Origin: Minisyncoccota bacterium
Lineage (GTDB): Bacteria; Patescibacteriota; Minisyncoccia; Phycocordibacterales; UBA6065
NCBI GenBank assembly: GCA_041661645.1
Contig: JBAZUA010000002.1
Location: 97,944 to 161,943, forward strand
Direction: 5' to 3'
Length of the DNA: 64,000 nucleotides
The position numbers and the translations under genes are program-made. The first letter of the stretch is position 1. Every line of letters begins with the position of its first letter. The notes beneath the pieces are model-generated. The model was not told where the DNA came from, ran no database searches, and saw only the letters and a program-made list of their open reading frames with translations. Shown one piece after another: positions 49,114 through 59,243 of the stretch.

Positions 49114-50253
49114 ATGCATATGATAAGCAAAAAACACATATTTGGGCTGATTTTCGTGATTGCCATCATCTACGCCACGACCTTTTTTGTCCTTCATAGG
49201 GGCGCGGCCGAATCCCCGCGTGACCAGTCTAATATTGTCGCAGCCGGTGGTTCTGATGTTCTTCGGGTAGGGAGGCCTCTTTCAGACTATAGGTCATCGT
49301 CGACCCCATCTAACATTCCGGTGACAGGCACCTCTTCTGGTAAGATGCGCCCAACGCCGTCGCCGAAGCCTGTTCTGACTCCAACTCCAGCCCCGACGGT
49401 CGCGCCGTCTGGGAGCGCATCGACCGTTATGAAGGCAAGCCCTAAGGGATATTTCCTGTTGCCCGACAAGACCTCATCGGTGTCGACCCTTGAGGCCCTT
49501 ATAAAGAAGGTGGACGGTATCGTCATTATAACCACTTGGAAGGACATCGAGCCTCAGGAGGGCACGTACGACTTTAGCAGCATAGACCAGAAGCTCGCCA
49601 TCGCGCAGGCCGCGGGCAAGGAGGCAACGCTCGACATATTCACCGGAAAGAATTCTCTTCCGTCATGGATATCGGCTGCGGGCGTCCAGACCTGGACTGA
49701 CGCCAAGGGCAGTCAGCTCGTGTACCCGACTGACCCGACGTTCGTGAAGCTTTGGGGAGAGCGGGTGGCCATGCTCGGAGCTCGCTATGACGGCAATCCG
49801 ACCATCAGGCAGATATCGATGTGCGGATCAACGGGTACGTTGTGCGGTCCCCGATATCCAGAACTGCCGAGCGGAGTCTCTTTTGAGGCCCTTGAAAGCG
49901 TCTGGTCGCAGGTCATCGCCTCATATGTCAGTGCCTTCCCCAGCACGCTCAAGCAGCTCGAAGTCCACCTGACAGCGGGGCATGATACCGACCTTCCCTC
50001 ATACCTGCTCAAGCAGACCGGCGAGGGCGTGGGCATATTCGCCGAATTCCTCTCCGACACGAGCCCCGCCGAATCGAGCCCAGTACCCGAGGTCATTCGG
50101 TCATTCCCAACCAAGTGGTGTGGTTTCCAGATGGTGAGTCCTCTCAGGGACAGACTGGCGGCGGCCATCGCCCACGGATCCTCCCTTGGCTGCAACTACT
50201 TTGAGATATACCAGGGTGATGTCTCGAACGGATATCTTCCGCCAGCGAAATAG
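49114..50253 (+). CDS. Membrane-anchored glycoside hydrolase-like (TIM-barrel) protein
   Basis: N-terminal TM, Pro/Thr linker, WKDIEPQEGTYDFSSID motif typical of clan GH-A families (GH42/GH35-like). Confidence 0.7.
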   Translation: MHMISKKHIFGLIFVIAIIYATTFFVLHRGAAESPRDQSNIVAAGGSDVLRVGRPLSDYRSSSTPSNIPVTGTSSGKMRPTPSPKPVLTPTPAPTVAPSGSASTVMKASPKGYFLLPDKTSSVSTLEALIKKVDGIVIITTWKDIEPQEGTYDFSSIDQKLAIAQAAGKEATLDIFTGKNSLPSWISAAGVQTWTDAKGSQLVYPTDPTFVKLWGERVAMLGARYDGNPTIRQISMCGSTGTLCGPRYPELPSGVSFEALESVWSQVIASYVSAFPSTLKQLEVHLTAGHDTDLPSYLLKQTGEGVGIFAEFLSDTSPAESSPVPEVIRSFPTKWCGFQMVSPLRDRLAAAIAHGSSLGCNYFEIYQGDVSNGYLPPAK

Positions 50254-50256
50254 GCC

Positions 50257-50288
50257 AAAGAACACCTCAATTGATTGAGGTGTTCTTT
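50257..50288. repeat. Short palindrome family member
   Basis: AAAGAACACCTCAAT-TG-ATTGAGGTGTTCTTT. Confidence 0.75.
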
Positions 50289-50366
50289 ATTTTTACTTTA
50301 TCTTTTCTTTATTTCATCTTGATGGGGTCGCATGTTATACTCTCTACTTAAGAGACAATTTTCATC

Positions 50367-50759
50367 ATGAAACGCGTGCAAGAAATCGCAACCGAGCTGT
50401 CAAAGGGTAATTTCAAGAAGGCTTCCGACATCAGGAAGGAGATTTCTGCCGTGGACGGTGACTCGCACGAGCTCGAGATCATGGAAATCGCCCGACAGGC
50501 CATGATCACGAATCTCAAGAGGGGAAGCGTGAGCGATGCCAAGGAGATAGAGAGATCATTCAATCTCGCCGATGACGTCGTTGAGGAGACCATCGAGCAG
50601 GCCGTCATGTCGAGCGTCTATGATGGCGATATCGAGAGGCTCATCAAGCTCAAGAAGGAGCTTCCCATCACGAGGGACCTCGGCAACAAGATAGTCAGTT
50701 ACTGCGCCTCATGGGGAAAGAAGGATAGATTTCTCGCTCTCGAGGAACTCTTTGCATAA
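50367..50759 (+). CDS. Hypothetical alpha-helical protein
   Basis: 130 aa ORF with host-like codon usage. Confidence 0.7.
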   Translation: MKRVQEIATELSKGNFKKASDIRKEISAVDGDSHELEIMEIARQAMITNLKRGSVSDAKEIERSFNLADDVVEETIEQAVMSSVYDGDIERLIKLKKELPITRDLGNKIVSYCASWGKKDRFLALEELFA

Positions 50760-50786
50760 AACCCATTCGCGGGTAGTATGTCAACC

Positions 50787-51464
50787 ATGACGACCTACCA
50801 CATCATAACTCTGTTTCCGGGCGCGTTCGACTCCTATCTCGGCGAGTCGATTTTGAAGCGCGCCATCGAGGACAAGAAGATTCGCGTCAAATTCTATAAT
50901 CCGCGCGACTTTGCCGACGATAAATGGCAGCGAGTTGACCAGAAGCCGTATGGCGGTGGCCCGGGTATGGTTATTCAGGCGCTTCCCGTGGCTCTCGCCA
51001 TTGAGAAGGCAAAGAAGGAGGCGGGCAAGGCGAAGGGCAAGAACAAAGGGGCGACAAAGATCGTCTTTTTCAACCCGTCGGGTAAGCAGTTCGATACCGC
51101 CTATGCCAAGACCTCGGCGAAGAAATACAAGCATTTTATATTCGTCTGCGGCCGCTACGAGGGCATCGATGCCCGCGTGAAGAAGATGTTCAAGATGGAG
51201 GACGTATCGGTTGGACCATTCGTGCTCACGGGCGGGGAATTGCCAGCTATGATCATGATCGACAGCATCTCGCGCCAGATCGAGGGCGTTTTGGGCAATT
51301 TCGACTCGCTCGAGGAAGAGCGTGTCTCGAGTCCAGACTCTTATACTCGTCCTGAAATAGTCACTTATAAGAAAAAGAGGTATGCCGTGCCAAAGGTGCT
51401 CCTTTCGGGCAACCCAAAGCTGATTGATGCGTGGAAGATAGGGACGAAGGTTGAAAACAAGTAG
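50787..51464 (+). CDS. trmD: tRNA (guanine37-N1)-methyltransferase
   Basis: PYGGGPGMV, CGRYEGIDAR, VLTGGE, VPKVLLSGN. Confidence 0.96.
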   Translation: MTTYHIITLFPGAFDSYLGESILKRAIEDKKIRVKFYNPRDFADDKWQRVDQKPYGGGPGMVIQALPVALAIEKAKKEAGKAKGKNKGATKIVFFNPSGKQFDTAYAKTSAKKYKHFIFVCGRYEGIDARVKKMFKMEDVSVGPFVLTGGELPAMIMIDSISRQIEGVLGNFDSLEEERVSSPDSYTRPEIVTYKKKRYAVPKVLLSGNPKLIDAWKIGTKVENK

Positions 51465-51510
51465 AAAGGGAGAGGGGATTGTGATACTGTTGCCTCAAAC
51501 CCCGCTCACC

Positions 51511-51744
51511 ATGATTCCAGAAAGCCTTCGCAAACAAAATCGGGCGCTTGAGCTCGAACTCGCCGGTATATCGGGTAGAACTCTAAGTGATGCCGAAAAG
51601 GCAGAGCTTGAAGTCCTTCGTATATGGGCAGACGGTCAGATTCGCTCCTCCATCAGGGACCTTCAGCGTATGAATCATTCCATGGAGGCGCATCGCAAGA
51701 AAACCGCCCATATTAGCATCGGCACTTATGCCGCGGCCGCCTGA
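51511..51744 (+). CDS. Small orphan hypothetical protein
   Basis: 77 aa ORF ending in a terminator hairpin. Confidence 0.45.
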   Translation: MIPESLRKQNRALELELAGISGRTLSDAEKAELEVLRIWADGQIRSSIRDLQRMNHSMEAHRKKTAHISIGTYAAAA

Positions 51745-51899
51745 CAGCAGGCGGCTTTTGTTTCTCAGCTGAGAAACTTGCTTTTTATGTTTACCGTGGT
51801 ATAGTACTGAAAGTACTGAAGTTTTCGGCTTTTTGCTTCAGTAGGGTCTATTCTTTTTCCTTCGATTTGCATAAGGAAGGGAAGTGGAAGAAACTCATT

Positions 51900-51927
51900 T
51901 TCGACGGTTCGACGGTTCGACGGTTCG
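51900..51927. repeat. Tandem 8-mer repeat (TTCGACGG)x3.5
   Basis: TTCGACGGTTCGACGGTTCGACGGTTCG. Confidence 0.85.
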
Positions 51928-51989
51928 CTTGTTCTGCCTCTCTGATGCTTTTATGCAAAGGAGAGGCTTTTTTATGGTTTCTTCCTAAT

Positions 51990-52097
51990 GACCCCTCCCA
52001 GCCCTCGAGAAAAGGCTCTGCGCAGGCGAGCGGTCCGAGCAAAGCAATCCGCCAACGGGCGGATATGCGTGCCTTTTGGAGAGGGCTGGGAGGGGTC
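51990..52097 (-). repeat. Structured repeat element copy C
   Basis: 17-bp perfect stem (51990-52006/52081-52097); inverted core is 48/60 identical to copy D. Confidence 0.88.
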
Positions 52098-52100
52098 TCA

Positions 52101-52129
52101 TTGACAGAAAAGCTTATTTCATATAGTAT
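52101..52129 (+). promoter_or_regulatory. rpoB promoter
   Basis: TTGACA-17 nt-TAGTAT, about 200 nt upstream of rpoB. Confidence 0.65.
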
Positions 52130-52332
52130 CTACACCACTTCACGCAAGATTGTGTCACGGGGGAACTGAAGGATTTTATAAGGGTTTTTCGATACAGCAT
52201 CTTGCCCACCATCGCATAGACCACCTTAAACGAAATTACGGCCACACAAGGCCATTTTTGCGTTTTCGGCGTCCATGAGAAATAGGCTCGATTCTGACCG
52301 AAAAACGAGATTTATTAGGTACCAGACACACC

Positions 52333-55300
52333 ATGATGCGACCACAGAAATTTTTCGGGCGATACAAGGAGGCGTTGTCGGACATCCCGAACTTGGTAGA
52401 GGCGCAGACCGCGTCCTTCAAGTGGCTTGTCGAGAAGGGTCTCACCGACATCTTCAAGGAGTTCTCTCCTATCAAGGACTACTCCGACAAGAAGTTCGAG
52501 CTTTCCTTCACGGGCTTCGAGCTCGCGGCGGCAAAGCATGACGAGCACTTCGCCAAGGCGAACAAGCTTTCCTATGAGGCCCCCCTCAAGGTCCGAATCA
52601 AGCTCAAGAACAAGATGTTCAACTCGGAGAAGGAGCAGGAGATATTCCTCGCCGACTTCCCGCTCATGACCGATCACGGTACCTTCATCATAAACGGCAT
52701 CGAGCGCGTCATCGTGCCCCAGCTCGCAAGGTCTTTCGGCGTCTTCTTCACCTCTGACGAGGTAAAGGCCAAGACCGTCTTCGGAGCGAAGGTCATCCCG
52801 GCCCGCGGCGTGTGGCTCGAGATCGAGACCGACACTGACGGCACCCTCTACGCCCGCATCGACCGAAAGCGCAAGTTCATGGTGACCGCGCTCCTTCGCG
52901 TGCTCGGCGCAAAGACCGACGAGGAGATCCTCGCGTACTTCAAGGGAGACGAGATCGCTCACAGGATCGTAGCCGCATCCCTCGCCAAGGACACCGCCAA
53001 GACCATAAATGACGCATATATCGAGATCCACAAGCGCCTTCGCGACGGAGACCTCGCCACCGCCGACAATGCCCGAGAGTTCATCATGGGTCTCTTTGCC
53101 GCGGATAGGTATGACCTCTCCCGTGTCGGACGATTCCGCTTCAACAAGCGATTCGGAAAGTCCATGGAGGAGGCTGATCTCGAGCGCAAGACCATAAGCG
53201 CCGACGACCTCGCAACCATCATCGGCAACATCATACATCTCAACAACAAGCTTGACGCCGTCGAGGACGACATCGACCATCTCGGCTCAAGGCGCGTCCG
53301 ATACGTGGGCGAGCTCATGCAGCAGAAGCTCCGCGTGGGCCTCTCACAGATGAAGCGAAACATCCAGGATCGAATGTCCACCATCGAGCCTGACACCACC
53401 CAGCCTCTCACCTTCGTGTCGCCTCGACCCCTCCAGGCGCGACTCAAGGAGTTCTTCACGACCAACCAGCTCTCGCAGTTCATGCAGCAGGAGAACATCC
53501 TGACCGAGCTCGAGCATCTCCGCACCCTTTCCGCCCTTGGACCAGGCGGTCTCACCCGCGAGCGAGCAGGCTTCGAGGTTCGAGACGTCCATCCTTCCCA
53601 CTACGGACGACTCTGCCCGATCCACACCCCTGAAGGTCCGAACATCGGACTCATCCTTCGCCTTTCGACCTATGCCCGCCTCAACGACTTCGGCATGATC
53701 GAGACGCCGTACGCAAAGGTGAAGAACGGCAAGGTCACCAAGGAGATCGTCTATCTCAACGCACTCGAGGAGGAGAACTACAGGATCGCCCATGCCGCGA
53801 CCGTCTATGACAAGGATGGCAAGATCACCGACACGACCGTGGAGGTACGCCGAAACGGATCGCCGACCATCGTAAAATCGAGCGACGTGGACTTCATCGA
53901 CGTGTCGACGAACCAGCCGTTCTCGATCGCGACGAACATGATCCCGTTCCTGAACCACGATGACGCCAACCGAGCGCTCATGGGTTCGAACATGCAGAAG
54001 CAGGCCACCCCTTGTATCATTCCCGAGGCACCTCTCGTCGCCACCGGAATCGAGGCAAAGGCGGCAGAGTACACCGGACGAATCGTTCTCGCCCCCGAGG
54101 ACGGCACCATCTCGGCCGTAGACGCTACTCACGTAACCTTCAAGAACGGCAAGGGCAAGGAGACTAACTATAATCTCGTATCATTCCAGCGAACCAACGG
54201 GTTCACCTCGTATCATCAGCGACCGGTCGTCGACCTCGGACAGAAGGTCAAGAAGGGAGACGTCCTCGTCGACGCATCGTCGTCTGACGGCGGACAGATC
54301 GCCCTCGGACAGAACATGCTCGTCGCGTTCATGTCATGGTCAGGAGCAAACTACGAAGACGCAATCATCATCTCGGAGCGAGTGGTCAAGAACTCGAAGT
54401 TCACCTCCATCCACATCGAGGAATTCGTCGTGAACGTTCGCGACACCAAGCTCGGACCCGAGGTGACCACCCACGACATCCCTAACGTAGGAGAGGGCAA
54501 GCTCAAGAACCTCGACGAGGATGGCATCATCCGCATCGGCGCGGAGGTTCGTTCCGGCGACATCCTCGTGGGCAAGATCACGCCAAAGGGCGAGACCCAG
54601 CTCACCCCTGAGGAGCGACTGCTCCGATCGATCTTCGGAGAGAAGGCCCGAGACGTCAAGGACACCTCGAAGCGCATGGAGGGCGGCAAGCGAGGCCGAA
54701 TCATCAGCGTGAAGGTCTTCTCGCGAGAGAAGGGCGACAAGCTCGAGAGCGGCATCATCAAGCGCATCCACGTCGAGGTCGCACAGCTCCGAACCGTATC
54801 CGTCGGCGACAAGCTCGCGGGACGACACGGAAACAAGGGAGTCATCTCGAAGATCCTTCCCGAGGAAGATATGCCATATAAGGCAGACGGTACTCCAATC
54901 GACGTGATTCTCACCCCATTGGGCGTTCCATCCCGAATGAACCTCGGACAGATCCTCGAGCTCCATCTCGGACTCGCGGCACACACCCTCAACTATCAGG
55001 CAATCGTGCCTCCATTCGCAGGCGCGACCGGAGACGAGATCAAGGAGGAGCTCGTGAAGGCAGGTCTTCCCGCAAACGGAAAGATTGCCCTCTACGACGG
55101 ACGAACCGGCGACAAGTTCCAGCAGGACATATCGGTCGGATACATGTACATCCTCAAGCTTCACCACATGGTGGAGGACAAGATCCACATGCGATCAATC
55201 GGTCCGTACTCTCTCATCACCCAGCAGCCTCTCGGAGGAAAGGCTCAGGGCGGAGGTCAGCGATTCGGAGAAATGGAAGTCTGGGCACTCCTCGGTCACG

Positions 55301-55506
55301 GCGTGGCTCATACTCTCCGCGAAATCCTCACCATCAAGTCCGACGACATACAGGGACGATCTGCGGCATTTGACTCCATCGTCAAGGGCGAGAAGCTCCA
55401 GCAGCCGAACATCCCTGCCTCGTTCAACGTATTGCTTAACAGCCTTCGCGGACTCGCGCTCGACGTCGACCTCAAGAAGGACAAGGGCGAAGCTAACAAG
55501 AAATAA
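52333..55506 (+). CDS. rpoB: RNA polymerase beta subunit
   Basis: DDIDHLG, TPEGPNIG, GDKLAGRHGNKG, GGQRFGEME. Confidence 0.98.
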   Translation: MMRPQKFFGRYKEALSDIPNLVEAQTASFKWLVEKGLTDIFKEFSPIKDYSDKKFELSFTGFELAAAKHDEHFAKANKLSYEAPLKVRIKLKNKMFNSEKEQEIFLADFPLMTDHGTFIINGIERVIVPQLARSFGVFFTSDEVKAKTVFGAKVIPARGVWLEIETDTDGTLYARIDRKRKFMVTALLRVLGAKTDEEILAYFKGDEIAHRIVAASLAKDTAKTINDAYIEIHKRLRDGDLATADNAREFIMGLFAADRYDLSRVGRFRFNKRFGKSMEEADLERKTISADDLATIIGNIIHLNNKLDAVEDDIDHLGSRRVRYVGELMQQKLRVGLSQMKRNIQDRMSTIEPDTTQPLTFVSPRPLQARLKEFFTTNQLSQFMQQENILTELEHLRTLSALGPGGLTRERAGFEVRDVHPSHYGRLCPIHTPEGPNIGLILRLSTYARLNDFGMIETPYAKVKNGKVTKEIVYLNALEEENYRIAHAATVYDKDGKITDTTVEVRRNGSPTIVKSSDVDFIDVSTNQPFSIATNMIPFLNHDDANRALMGSNMQKQATPCIIPEAPLVATGIEAKAAEYTGRIVLAPEDGTISAVDATHVTFKNGKGKETNYNLVSFQRTNGFTSYHQRPVVDLGQKVKKGDVLVDASSSDGGQIALGQNMLVAFMSWSGANYEDAIIISERVVKNSKFTSIHIEEFVVNVRDTKLGPEVTTHDIPNVGEGKLKNLDEDGIIRIGAEVRSGDILVGKITPKGETQLTPEERLLRSIFGEKARDVKDTSKRMEGGKRGRIISVKVFSREKGDKLESGIIKRIHVEVAQLRTVSVGDKLAGRHGNKGVISKILPEEDMPYKADGTPIDVILTPLGVPSRMNLGQILELHLGLAAHTLNYQAIVPPFAGATGDEIKEELVKAGLPANGKIALYDGRTGDKFQQDISVGYMYILKLHHMVEDKIHMRSIGPYSLITQQPLGGKAQGGGQRFGEMEVWALLGHGVAHTLREILTIKSDDIQGRSAAFDSIVKGEKLQQPNIPASFNVLLNSLRGLALDVDLKKDKGEANKK

Positions 55507-55511
55507 AATTT

Positions 55512-58500
55512 ATGGCCTACACACCAAAGAACAACAAGCCAGGGGGAGAGGGAATCGACTTCGACATAGTCGGCCTTCGCCTCGCATCGCCTGACCGCAT
55601 CAAGGAGTGGTCCTTCGGAGAGGTCACCAAGCCCGAGACCATAAACTATCGAACTCAGCGTTCCGAGAAGAACGGACTCTTCGACGAGAAGATCTTCGGA
55701 CCGGACAAGGACTATGAGTGCTATTGCGGAAAGTACCGTGGCATTCGCTATAAGGGAATCGTCTGTGAAAAATGCGGGGTCGAGATAACTCGATCGATCG
55801 TAAGGCGCGAGCGCATGGGTCACATCGAGCTTGCCACCCCGGTATCTCACATCTGGTTCCTTCGCTCAATGCCATCACGCCTCGGCCTTATCCTCGGCAT
55901 GACGACCTCGGACCTCGAGAAGGTCATCTACTTCGCCGGCTACATTGTCACCGCGGTGCACGAGACTGCCCGACAGGAGATCACCCGCGACCTCGAATCC
56001 GAGTTCAAGTCGAAGATCAAGAGCATCGTCGACGAGAAGACCAAGGAGGCTTTGAAGGGCATGTACACGACCGCCAAGAAGGAGATCGACGGCATCCAGG
56101 AGGGCGTCGTCCTCGACGAGCTCGAGTACGGCAAGTTCTCGATGAAGTACGCGACCCTCTTTGACGCCGGAATCGGCGCAGAGGCGATCTACAATATCTG
56201 CAAGAACATCGACCTCAAGAAGCTTGAGGCACAGCTCGTCGTCAATCTCGAGAAGGCCGGATCGCTCGAGAAGGACAAGATGAACCGACGCCTCTCGGTC
56301 GTTCGATCGATGATCAAGAGCGCCATCCGCCCAGAGTGGATGTTCCTCTCCCGAATTCCCGTCATCCCACCGGCACTTCGACCCATGGTTCCCCTCGACG
56401 GCGGACGCTATGCGACCTCCGACGTGAACGACCTCTACCGACGCGTCATCAACCGCAACAACCGACTCCAGAAGCTCAAGGACATACAGGCCCCTGACGT
56501 CATCCTTCGAAACGAGAAGCGCATCCTTCAGGAGGCGGTAGACGCACTCATCGACAATTCGATCCGACACGGAAACTCGACCACCGCGGCGGGATCCCTC
56601 GCTCAGAAGCGAGCCCTCAAGTCTCTTGCGGACAACCTCAAGGGAAAGAAGGGTCTCCTCCGAGGAAACCTCCTCGGAAAGCGAGTGGACTACTCGGGAC
56701 GATCCGTCATCGTCGTCGGTCCCGACCTCGCCCTCGACCAGTGCGGACTTCCAAAGCATATGGCGCTCGAGCTCTTCAAGCCATTCGTCATAAGCCAGCT
56801 TCTCAAGAGGGAATTGGCGTATAACATCCGCGGCGCATCGCGACTGATCGAGGAGAGCATCCCAGAGGTCTGGGCAATCCTCGAAGACGTCATCGCGGGC
56901 AAGTACGTGCTCCTCAACCGAGCGCCTACGCTCCACCGACTCGGCATCCAGGCATTCCGACCGACCCTCATTGAGGGTAACGCCATCCAGGTTCACCCTC
57001 TCGTCTGTTCCGCCTTCAACGCGGACTTCGACGGAGACCAGATGGCGGTTCACGTCCCTCTCTCGCCAGAAGCCCAGCTCGAGGCGAAGGAGATCATGTC
57101 GGCCGACAAGAACATCCTCAAGCCAGGCTCCGGAGACCTCACCCTCACCAACAAGATGCTCGACATCATCCTCGGCGTGTATTGGATGACCAAGGGAATC
57201 AAGGGGGAGAAGGGCGAGGGCAAGATCTTCGAGTCTCCCGAGGCGGCAATGCTCGTCGCGGACTTCAACGAGGTCTCGTACCGAGCCGTGGTTAAAGTGC
57301 TCGCCCCCGACAACGCCAAGTACGCGGAGCATGCCGGCAAGGTGTTTGAGACGACCATTGGACGAATACTCTTCAACAACATACTTCCCGCGGACTACCC
57401 ATTCATCAACAAGGAGGTGGAGCGAAAGACCATGTCGGGCATCATGGACGACCTCATCGTTCGATACTCGATCGACAAGGTTCCAGCGATCCTCAATGAC
57501 ATAAAGAAATTCGGCTTCACCTATACCACATACTCGGGAATCACCTGGGGAATCGACGACGTGAAGACCCCTGTCGGAAAGGGTAAGGTCATCGACGCAG
57601 CAAAGACCGAGTCTGAGAAGGTCAACGACCAGTTCGGCGATGGACTTCTCTCTGACGAGGAACGCATTCGAAAGAACGTCGAGATCTGGCACAAGGCAAA
57701 GTCAGACATCGAGAAGCTCATCCCTGATTCGCTCGACCCCAACGGCCCTGTCACCGACATGGTTCGCTCTGGAGCCCGAGGATCGATCGGAAACATCACC
57801 CAGATGGTCGGAATGAAGGGTCTCATCACCAGTACCTCTGGAGAGACCATCGAGTTCCCGATCATCTCCGGAATGAAGGACGGCCTCACCCCGATTGAGT
57901 ACTTCATCACCACCCACGGAGCTCGAAAGGGTCTCACCGACACCGCCCTCAACACGGCGCGCGCAGGTTACCTCACCCGACGACTCTTCGATGTCGCGCA
58001 GGACGTCATCATCACCGAGACTGACTGCGGCACCAAGGACTCGATCATCGTCAAGAAGGAGAGCGCTTCGGGCATCGAGGTCTCGATTGCCAAGAAGGTC
58101 CGCGGACGAGTGCTCGGCGCTGACGTCGTAACCGCCTCAGGCGAGGTTCTCTTCAAGAAGGGAGACCTTCTCTCGAAGCAGGACGCCCAGAAGATAGAGA
58201 ACGCAGGAGTCGCCGAGATCAAGGTTCGCTCGCCGCTCGCCTGCAAGACCCTTCACGGCGTCTGCCAGCAGTGCTATGGACTCGACCTCGGAAAGAATCA
58301 CCTCATCGACATCGGCGAGGCCGTCGGAACCGTCGCCGCACAGGCCATCGGAGAGCCGGGAACCCAGCTCACCATGCGTACCTTCCACGCGGGAGGAACG
58401 GCATCGGTCGGCGGAGACATCACCGCGGGACTCCCGCGAGTGGAAGAGGTGTTCGAGAAGCGACGACCAAAGAACCCTGCGGTCATCGCGACTGTCAGCG

Positions 58501-59210
58501 GCGTCGTCGCATCGGTCAAGGATCACGGAAAGGAGAAGATCATCACCGTCATGCCGGACATCGAGGACAAGGGCAAGACCAAGAAGGCAGGGGAGATCGA
58601 GTACTCGTTCTCGTCGCGCCGAATGGCGCTCGTCAAGCAGGGCGACAAGATAGCGAAGGGCCAGTTCCTCACCGACGGATCCGCTGACATCGACGAGGTG
58701 TTCGAGTTCGCCGGAAAGGAGAGGGCGATGGAGTACATCATCCACGAGATCGGAAAGATTTACGAGCTTCAGGGAGAGACCGTCTCCCGAAAGCACATCG
58801 AGATCATCGTCAAGCAGATGTTCTCCCGAAACAGGATCACCGAGCCGGGCGACAGCAAGTTCTCGGTCAACGACATCATCAACCTCTCTGACATCAGCGC
58901 GGAGAACGCGCGGGTCAAGGGCGAGGACAAGACCCAGGCGACGGCAGAGTCCGTGGTCATGGGAATCACCGAGGTGTCCCTCTCACGACAGTCGTTCCTC
59001 TCGGCGGCGTCATTCCAGCACACCACCCGAATCTTCATCTCGGCCGCCATTCGCGGAACCGAGGACCATCTCCAGGGACTCAAGGAGAACGTCATCATCG
59101 GACGCCTCATCCCTGCGGGAACCGGCTACAAGGGCAGCAACAAGCACAAGATGATCGAGGCGATGTCATCGATGGAGCAGGCGTCAGCGCCTTCGGAGGC
59201 GGTAGAATAA
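55512..59210 (+). CDS. rpoC: RNA polymerase beta' subunit
   Basis: N-terminal Zn finger, GKRVDYSGR, NADFDGD, GEPGTQLTMRTFH. Confidence 0.98.
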   Translation: MAYTPKNNKPGGEGIDFDIVGLRLASPDRIKEWSFGEVTKPETINYRTQRSEKNGLFDEKIFGPDKDYECYCGKYRGIRYKGIVCEKCGVEITRSIVRRERMGHIELATPVSHIWFLRSMPSRLGLILGMTTSDLEKVIYFAGYIVTAVHETARQEITRDLESEFKSKIKSIVDEKTKEALKGMYTTAKKEIDGIQEGVVLDELEYGKFSMKYATLFDAGIGAEAIYNICKNIDLKKLEAQLVVNLEKAGSLEKDKMNRRLSVVRSMIKSAIRPEWMFLSRIPVIPPALRPMVPLDGGRYATSDVNDLYRRVINRNNRLQKLKDIQAPDVILRNEKRILQEAVDALIDNSIRHGNSTTAAGSLAQKRALKSLADNLKGKKGLLRGNLLGKRVDYSGRSVIVVGPDLALDQCGLPKHMALELFKPFVISQLLKRELAYNIRGASRLIEESIPEVWAILEDVIAGKYVLLNRAPTLHRLGIQAFRPTLIEGNAIQVHPLVCSAFNADFDGDQMAVHVPLSPEAQLEAKEIMSADKNILKPGSGDLTLTNKMLDIILGVYWMTKGIKGEKGEGKIFESPEAAMLVADFNEVSYRAVVKVLAPDNAKYAEHAGKVFETTIGRILFNNILPADYPFINKEVERKTMSGIMDDLIVRYSIDKVPAILNDIKKFGFTYTTYSGITWGIDDVKTPVGKGKVIDAAKTESEKVNDQFGDGLLSDEERIRKNVEIWHKAKSDIEKLIPDSLDPNGPVTDMVRSGARGSIGNITQMVGMKGLITSTSGETIEFPIISGMKDGLTPIEYFITTHGARKGLTDTALNTARAGYLTRRLFDVAQDVIITETDCGTKDSIIVKKESASGIEVSIAKKVRGRVLGADVVTASGEVLFKKGDLLSKQDAQKIENAGVAEIKVRSPLACKTLHGVCQQCYGLDLGKNHLIDIGEAVGTVAAQAIGEPGTQLTMRTFHAGGTASVGGDITAGLPRVEEVFEKRRPKNPAVIATVSGVVASVKDHGKEKIITVMPDIEDKGKTKKAGEIEYSFSSRRMALVKQGDKIAKGQFLTDGSADIDEVFEFAGKERAMEYIIHEIGKIYELQGETVSRKHIEIIVKQMFSRNRITEPGDSKFSVNDIINLSDISAENARVKGEDKTQATAESVVMGITEVSLSRQSFLSAASFQHTTRIFISAAIRGTEDHLQGLKENVIIGRLIPAGTGYKGSNKHKMIEAMSSMEQASAPSEAVE

Positions 59211-59243
59211 GTAGTGTCGCTGCGGGGTTGGTAACATAACTCA

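Noticed and set aside
52136-52332. Structured rpoB leader or riboswitch
   Set aside because: A long UTR is plausible, but only short weak hairpins are visible and no known motif
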